64,000 nucleotides of DNA, taken from contig OY764216.1 in NCBI GenBank assembly GCA_963668315.1, positions 3,968,001 to 4,032,000 of the forward strand. Direction: 5' to 3'. Positions within the stretch are counted from its first letter, which is position 1. Each line of letters opens with the position of its first letter. The notes below the pieces were generated by a model. It had not been told where the DNA came from and made no database searches. It saw only the letters and a program-made list of their open reading frames with translations. Below are positions 59,079 to 64,000 of the stretch, in pieces. Source of the DNA: Spirochaetia bacterium (GTDB lineage Bacteria; Spirochaetota; Spirochaetia; DSM-2461). The position numbers and the translations under genes were made by a program.

Positions 59079-59857
59079 TGATGCCCCCGGGAGAACCTAT
59101 GCCGTCACCCTACACCATTCCGGTGCTCAAAAAATCCTTCGCTGTTCTCAAGTGTCTTTCCGAACAGGAGGGAGGAATGACCTTGAGCGAAATCATCTCC
59201 GCCACCGCCCTTCCGAAATCAACGGTGTATAAAATACTATATACACTGGTCGAGGAGGATGGGGTGAAAAAGGAGAAGGACCGGTTCTTCCTGGGAAGCA
59301 TTCTTATACACTACGGATTAAAAACCCTCTCGGAACGGGATCTGGTGAAAACATCGGCTCCCTATCTGATCAAACTGATGGAAGAGACGGGGGAGACCAC
59401 CCACCTGACCGTCCCCGCCGACAGACAGAGTCTGATTCTCAACGTGGTTCAAACGGCCCACCCCATCCGTTTTGCCTCTTCCGTCGGCTCCCTCTTCCCC
59501 CTCTACTGCACGTCCCACGGCAAAGTCATTCTGGCCCACACGAAGGATTTCACCCTGGATGAGTACCTTTCCGCCACTCCCCTTGTCAGAAAGACCGCCC
59601 ATACCATAACGGACAGGAAAAATCTGGAAAAGGAGCTGGAAACCATAAGAGAACAGGGCTATTCGATGGACGAACTGGAATATGCCGATGACATCCGCTG
59701 CTGCGCGGCCGGTATATTCGGCAGTACGGGAGAGCTTCTCGGAGTCCTGGGAATCACGGCTACCACCATTACCTTCGTCAGGGAGCGGATAGAGGAAGTC
59801 TCCCGGGCGGTGATGAGAACGGCGGAAGAAATATCAAGGGAAATGGGCGCGCCCTGA
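59078..59857 (+). CDS. IclR family regulator (KdgR-like)
   Basis: HTH LPKSTVYKIL, ETGET, CTSHGK and GYSMDELE. Confidence 0.9.
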   Translation: MMPPGEPMPSPYTIPVLKKSFAVLKCLSEQEGGMTLSEIISATALPKSTVYKILYTLVEEDGVKKEKDRFFLGSILIHYGLKTLSERDLVKTSAPYLIKLMEETGETTHLTVPADRQSLILNVVQTAHPIRFASSVGSLFPLYCTSHGKVILAHTKDFTLDEYLSATPLVRKTAHTITDRKNLEKELETIREQGYSMDELEYADDIRCCAAGIFGSTGELLGVLGITATTITFVRERIEEVSRAVMRTAEEISREMGAP

Positions 59858-59929
59858 ACCGGCTGCCCTCAAAGCAGAACGACCGGGGAAAACTGATGAT
59901 TCGGGGAAAAAATCCTTTCCTGATAGTAT

Positions 59930-60619
59930 ATGGAAAAATTATGCTACAGCAGGACAATGGCGGCGGCGGAAGGCACCCTGAGACCCCGGGAGAAGCTGAT
60001 GAGCCATGGTGCGGAGAGTCTTAACGACCGGGAACTGATGGCTTTGCTTCTGGGATCGGGCTGCGGGGGAAAGGACGTCATGCGCCTATCCGGTGAGATT
60101 ATCCGCCTTCTGGAAAGGAAAGACTTCCGGATTGAACCGGAAGATCTGAAACAGATCAAGGGTATCGGGAAAGCGAAATCCTGCCTGATCCTGGCCGTAC
60201 ATGAATATGCCCGGAGAATGACGGGAGATTCGGGGATGAAAATAAGCCATCCCGAAACGGTTCAGAAAATTCTGTTCAATTATGCAGGAAGAAGCTCGGA
60301 GTTGTTTTTTACCCTGACGCTGAACGGAGCGCACGAACTGATAAGCCGGCATATCGTATCCACGGGAAACCTGAACCGCGTTTTCGTTCAGCCGAGAGAG
60401 GTCTTTCTGGAAGCGATCAGAGAGAACTCCGCGGCCATCATCATAGCCCATAATCATCCTTCCGGTTCCCTCATTCCCAGCGAAGAGGATAAAAACATGA
60501 CAAGACGACTTTCTGAGATATCCCGCCTGCTCAATATCCCCCTCCTCGATCATATCATTTTCAGCCGAAAAGGGTATTACAGTTTTCTCGAGCAGGGCTT
60601 GCTCAAGGATGAATCATGA
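59930..60619 (+). CDS. radC: RadC family JAB-domain protein
   Basis: RPREKL, HhH KGIGKAK, AHNHPSG..PSEED and LLDHII. Confidence 0.92.
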   Translation: MEKLCYSRTMAAAEGTLRPREKLMSHGAESLNDRELMALLLGSGCGGKDVMRLSGEIIRLLERKDFRIEPEDLKQIKGIGKAKSCLILAVHEYARRMTGDSGMKISHPETVQKILFNYAGRSSELFFTLTLNGAHELISRHIVSTGNLNRVFVQPREVFLEAIRENSAAIIIAHNHPSGSLIPSEEDKNMTRRLSEISRLLNIPLLDHIIFSRKGYYSFLEQGLLKDES

Positions 60620-60949
60620 AAAATTTTCAACGATGCGCTCCAGCTGCGGCTCAATGACATCGAGAACGATATATCTGGCTTCGCGGAAAAGCTCTCTCCG
60701 GTCCCGAAACAAAAGCAGGGCCGGTACGGTGAATACGGAATACTGTCCCCCTATTTTCGGATCGCTGCTCAAGTCGATGTAATAACCGTTTATCTCCGGA
60801 TGTCTGGAAAGCATCTCTTCCACCCTGGGGCGGACCACATCGCAGACACCGCAATCGGGCTGAGTCATATAGAGAAGATGGAATTGCGAATCCTCTTGTA
60901 AAATTGTCTCCAACTGTTCAAAGTCAGTTATTTTCTGTTTGAATGACAT
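60614..60949 (-). CDS. Thioredoxin family protein
   Basis: CGVC and the cis-Pro motif VFTVP. Confidence 0.85.
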   Translation of the reverse strand: MSFKQKITDFEQLETILQEDSQFHLLYMTQPDCGVCDVVRPRVEEMLSRHPEINGYYIDLSSDPKIGGQYSVFTVPALLLFRDRRELFREARYIVLDVIEPQLERIVENFS

Positions 60950-60992
60950 GTGTATATAGTATTATTTTAATATACAAAAGTAAAGCTATTTT

Positions 60993-61256
60993 TCAGGATG
61001 GGGACTCAAATATCTCTTTAGCCAGAACAGAACGGGCTTCCACACCGTCAAGCCGGCCGATTTTACCGGTCATGGCACCAATCTCGTCGGTAGAACCCTC
61101 GACAATCAGAGAAATGACACTGATCTGACTATCGGGAAAGGGAAGCCCCATCCGTCCCCGGATGATAGAGCCGTATTCAGAGAGAGTACGGTTCAGTCTC
61201 TCCACCGAATCCTTGTTTTTTACTATAAGAGTAACACCGCCGATACGCTTTTTCAT
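60993..61256 (-). CDS. TM1266-family putative iron-only hydrogenase system regulator
   Basis: MKKRIGGVTLIV...LSEYGSIIRGRMGLPF...GKIGRLDGV. Confidence 0.8.
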   Translation of the reverse strand: MKKRIGGVTLIVKNKDSVERLNRTLSEYGSIIRGRMGLPFPDSQISVISLIVEGSTDEIGAMTGKIGRLDGVEARSVLAKEIFESPS

Positions 61257-61342
61257 AGGGGTATTGTAAAAAGAGGGGGGAAACCGGTCAAGCCCGCCCC
61301 GTGCGCTTTGACAGGACCATCCCCATTTCTTATACTGTCCCC

Positions 61343-62365
61343 ATGGAAACACTCTACGGGAGAACTCTCTCCCAGCTGGAAAATATACTGGTCGAAGGGG
61401 GAGAACCTTCTTACAGAGCCGGACAACTGGCCCAGTGGCTGTATGAGAAGAACGCCGACAGCCTTGACGGGATGTCCAATCTTCCCAAAAAACTCAGGAA
61501 CATGCTTGAGGACAATTTCATTCTGGGGAAAACGCCCCCCTCAAAAGAGACATGTTCCAGGGATGAAACAAAAAAATACCTGTTTCCCACATCGGGGGGA
61601 AATTTTATCGAATCCGCCTGGATTCCTGATAAGGAAAGATCCACCCTGTGCCTCTCGACACAGGCCGGCTGCAAATGGGGCTGCCAGTTCTGCATGACCG
61701 GCACCATGGGTTTCAGAGAGCATCTGACCACCACGGATATTCTGAATCAGTACGGCTCCCTACCCCACCGGGACCGGGTGACCAATTTCGTCTTCATGGG
61801 TATGGGAGAGCCCCTGGACAATCTGGATAATCTCCTTCCCGCCCTTGAGATCCTCACATCCCCCTGGGGATATGCCCTGAGCCCGAGAAGGATCACCGTT
61901 TCTACCGTAGGTGTTGTTCCCGGGATCAGACGCTTCCTTGAAGAGTCTGAATGTCATCTGGCCTACAGTCTGCATAACCCTTTCCCCGAGGAAAGGGCCG
62001 CCCTGATGCCGGTAGAAAAAAAATATCCCCTCAGGGAAGTCATTGCCCTTCTCAAGGAGAAACGGGATCTGTTCAGGGGACAAAGACGGGTCACCATTGA
62101 ATACACTCTTATAGAGGGGGAGAACGATTCCGCCCGTCATGCCGATGAACTTGTCAGGCTCTTGAACGGCTTAAAAGCCCGTGTCAACCTTATCAGCTAC
62201 AATGCGGGTACCGACCTGCCCTGGCACGGCGTATCCCGGGAGGCCGCTGTGACGTTCCGGGACAGACTGAACAGAAAGGGCCTGACCGCTACGATAAGAG
62301 ATTCACGGGGAGCCGATATCGATGCGGCCTGCGGTCTTTTGAGTATCAGGCAACAACATTCCTGA
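61343..62365 (+). CDS. rlmN: Radical SAM 23S rRNA/tRNA methyltransferase RlmN
   Basis: CLSTQAGCKWGCQFC, MGMGEPL and DIDAACGLL. Confidence 0.95.
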   Translation: METLYGRTLSQLENILVEGGEPSYRAGQLAQWLYEKNADSLDGMSNLPKKLRNMLEDNFILGKTPPSKETCSRDETKKYLFPTSGGNFIESAWIPDKERSTLCLSTQAGCKWGCQFCMTGTMGFREHLTTTDILNQYGSLPHRDRVTNFVFMGMGEPLDNLDNLLPALEILTSPWGYALSPRRITVSTVGVVPGIRRFLEESECHLAYSLHNPFPEERAALMPVEKKYPLREVIALLKEKRDLFRGQRRVTIEYTLIEGENDSARHADELVRLLNGLKARVNLISYNAGTDLPWHGVSREAAVTFRDRLNRKGLTATIRDSRGADIDAACGLLSIRQQHS

Positions 62366-62366
62366 A

Positions 62367-62660
62367 TCAGTAATAGTACTTCCGGCCTCCCTGGCATTCC
62401 TGCCTTCTGTCTCTTCTTGTCCGGTTCGATACCATGGCTATCAAAAAAAGTACACCCAGTATCAGAAGGCCCCTGGGAATAATAAAACCGACAAGGCTCA
62501 GAAGGAAAGGTACGATAAGAATCGCCGTAACGGCGGCGGCAATGAGGCCCAGAACGACACCAAGCCCCGAAAACAGCAGGCGGAACAGAAATCCGATGAC
62601 TTCAAAAACAAATCCTATTCCAAAGAAAAAAACCAGTCCAAGCAAAATAAGCATTTCCAT
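62367..62660 (-). CDS. Small hydrophobic membrane protein (PspG-like architecture)
   Basis: 97 aa, almost all hydrophobic, with a basic/aromatic C-tail; AAGGAG RBS. Confidence 0.72.
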   Translation of the reverse strand: MEMLILLGLVFFFGIGFVFEVIGFLFRLLFSGLGVVLGLIAAAVTAILIVPFLLSLVGFIIPRGLLILGVLFLIAMVSNRTRRDRRQECQGGRKYYY

Positions 62661-62760
62661 AACTACTCCTTTCAGTGCCGGACGCAAGATTCTGATTTCA
62701 TCGTCCGGCGGGCGTCATATTTGAATAATCCTTGATAAAGACGCCCTGTATCTCCCATAA

Positions 62761-62776
62761 AGCAATAACCATGCCA
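62761..62776 (-). promoter_or_regulatory. Sigma54 (-24/-12) promoter
   Basis: TGGCAT-GGTTA-TTGCT matches TGGCAC-N5-TTGCW with exact spacing. Confidence 0.75.
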
Positions 62777-62995
62777 GCAGGGAGAGACCTAAGCAATCCC
62801 CATAGGGCCATTTTTGATCCTGACGGTTGGGATTTTTCCCATTCTCTGGGATTTAATACCTGGCAGAATTAAAATCCCGATTTGAATTATCCTCAACCTT
62901 GTTATAATCTAAAGAAAGGGAGATTTACTGAAAAAAGCAGTTGCCCGGCTATGGTAAAATTTGTATTTTCTATAGCAACAAAGGAGAATATCGGA

Positions 62996-64000
62996 ATGGA
63001 TGCTAAAGATATTATACAAACTGATCAAAACCTGCCTAGTGTGCTTTATGTGATACCCCTTCTGGGAAAACCGATATTTCCAGGAATATTCACACCCATC
63101 ATGATTTCGTCCGATGACGATAAGGAACTGGTGGAAAAGGCCATGGAAGCGGACAATACGATCGGACTGGTACTGACCAGAGAGGACGATCAGGAAAATC
63201 CGTCTACCGACGATCTCTTTCAGGTGGGTACTGCCGCCAAGATCGTCAAGAGAATCAAGCTTCCCGACGGAAGTATGAATATTTTCATTACCACGGTCAA
63301 AAGATTCATCATTAAGGATTTTGTGAACAGTTCGGCCCCTTTGATGGCGAAAGTCGATTATGTTGATGATATAACCGAAGGACCGGATGAAGAACTGAAG
63401 GCCCTGACCCGTTCCCTTCTTCAGGAGATGAAGGAATTGAGCCAGGACAATCCTCTTTTTACCGAAGAGATGCGCCTGAACATGGTCAATATTGATAATC
63501 CCGGGAAAATCGCCGATTTTATTGCCTCCATATTGAATGTGGACAGGCTTAAGCAGCAGAAGATTCTGGAGACCTTCAATGTCAGGAACCGTATAGAACA
63601 GGTTCTGGTTTTCATGAAAAACGAACAGCACCTGATCAAACTCCAGAAAAAAGTCGCCGGCGAGATTAACGAGAGAATCGAGAAGAACCAGAGAGAGTAC
63701 TTCCTCCGGGAGGAGCTCAAAGAAATAAAACGGGAATTGGGAGAACCGTCCGACGCCCGATCCAGCGAATATCAGAAGTATAAGCAGATGATTGATAAGC
63801 TGGACTTCGAGGGGGAAGTAAAGGATCAGGTGGATTCGGAACTGGAAAAATTCGCCATTATGGAACCCCAGTCATCGGAATATATCGTCACCCGCAACTA
63901 TCTGGACACCATTGTCAACCTGCCCTGGGAAGATCCCGAACCGGATAATGTCGATCTGGCCAAGGGAGAAAAAATACTCGACAGGGACCACTACGGTCTG
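62996..64000 (+). CDS. lon: Lon protease, partial (runs off the window)
   Basis: Not in the ORF track. My translation reads MDAKDIIQTDQNLP..PIFPGIFTP..QREYFLREELKEIKRELG..RNYLDTIVNLPW..ILDRDHYGL; AGGAG RBS. Confidence 0.95.
   Translation, partial: MDAKDIIQTDQNLPSVLYVIPLLGKPIFPGIFTPIMISSDDDKELVEKAMEADNTIGLVLTREDDQENPSTDDLFQVGTAAKIVKRIKLPDGSMNIFITTVKRFIIKDFVNSSAPLMAKVDYVDDITEGPDEELKALTRSLLQEMKELSQDNPLFTEEMRLNMVNIDNPGKIADFIASILNVDRLKQQKILETFNVRNRIEQVLVFMKNEQHLIKLQKKVAGEINERIEKNQREYFLREELKEIKRELGEPSDARSSEYQKYKQMIDKLDFEGEVKDQVDSELEKFAIMEPQSSEYIVTRNYLDTIVNLPWEDPEPDNVDLAKGEKILDRDHYGL

Noticed and set aside
59930..60619. radC as a marker of a mobile or anti-defence element
   Set aside because: It is the full-length chromosomal type with an HhH region, and there is no integrase, att site or compositional shift nearby.
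62909..63720. Minus-strand ORFs of 240 and 99 aa
   Set aside because: Antisense to lon, which the track missed because it runs off the window.
1..64000. CRISPR arrays, tRNA/rRNA genes, IS elements, prophage
   Set aside because: Intergenic gaps are all under about 340 bp, and I saw no spaced repeats, cloverleafs, transposase or phage genes by eye. tRNAscan, Infernal and a CRISPR finder would confirm.

Overview
Gene-dense chromosomal segment of about 50 CDS. It most likely comes from a free-living, anaerobic spirochaete; this is inferred from a FlgD-Ig outer-membrane protein, tandem HAMP-GAF-PP2C phosphatases, the dksA/infA neighbourhood, a MoxR-Bat operon and an alpha2-type GlyRS. Content is mostly housekeeping and metabolic: apbE, dksA, infA, argJ, fabD, tatD, dusB, glyQS, ilvY-ilvC, a fucosidase/sugar-kinase cluster, msrC, htrA, rnz, gpsA, an orphan recC, lplA, an MMPL/LolA-like/beta-barrel trio, kduI-iclR, radC, rlmN and a partial lon. 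I saw no tRNA/rRNA, CRISPR array, transposase or prophage, and no clearly new multi-gene defence-type system. The strongest unannotated signals are regulatory. (1) At least eight genes show a leaderless layout: sigma70 -10, then 6-8 nt, then ATG with no SD. (2) A sigma54 promoter with a candidate enhancer palindrome and a two-hairpin leader drives a PspG-like membrane protein. (3) A sigma28 promoter drives an uncharacterised 133-aa protein. (4) A degenerate DEAD-box domain is fused to a DbpA RNA-binding domain. (5) The ilvC leader is structured and possibly switchable. (6) A 57-aa membrane ORF is coupled to htrA. All calls come from motif recognition by eye; no searches were run.
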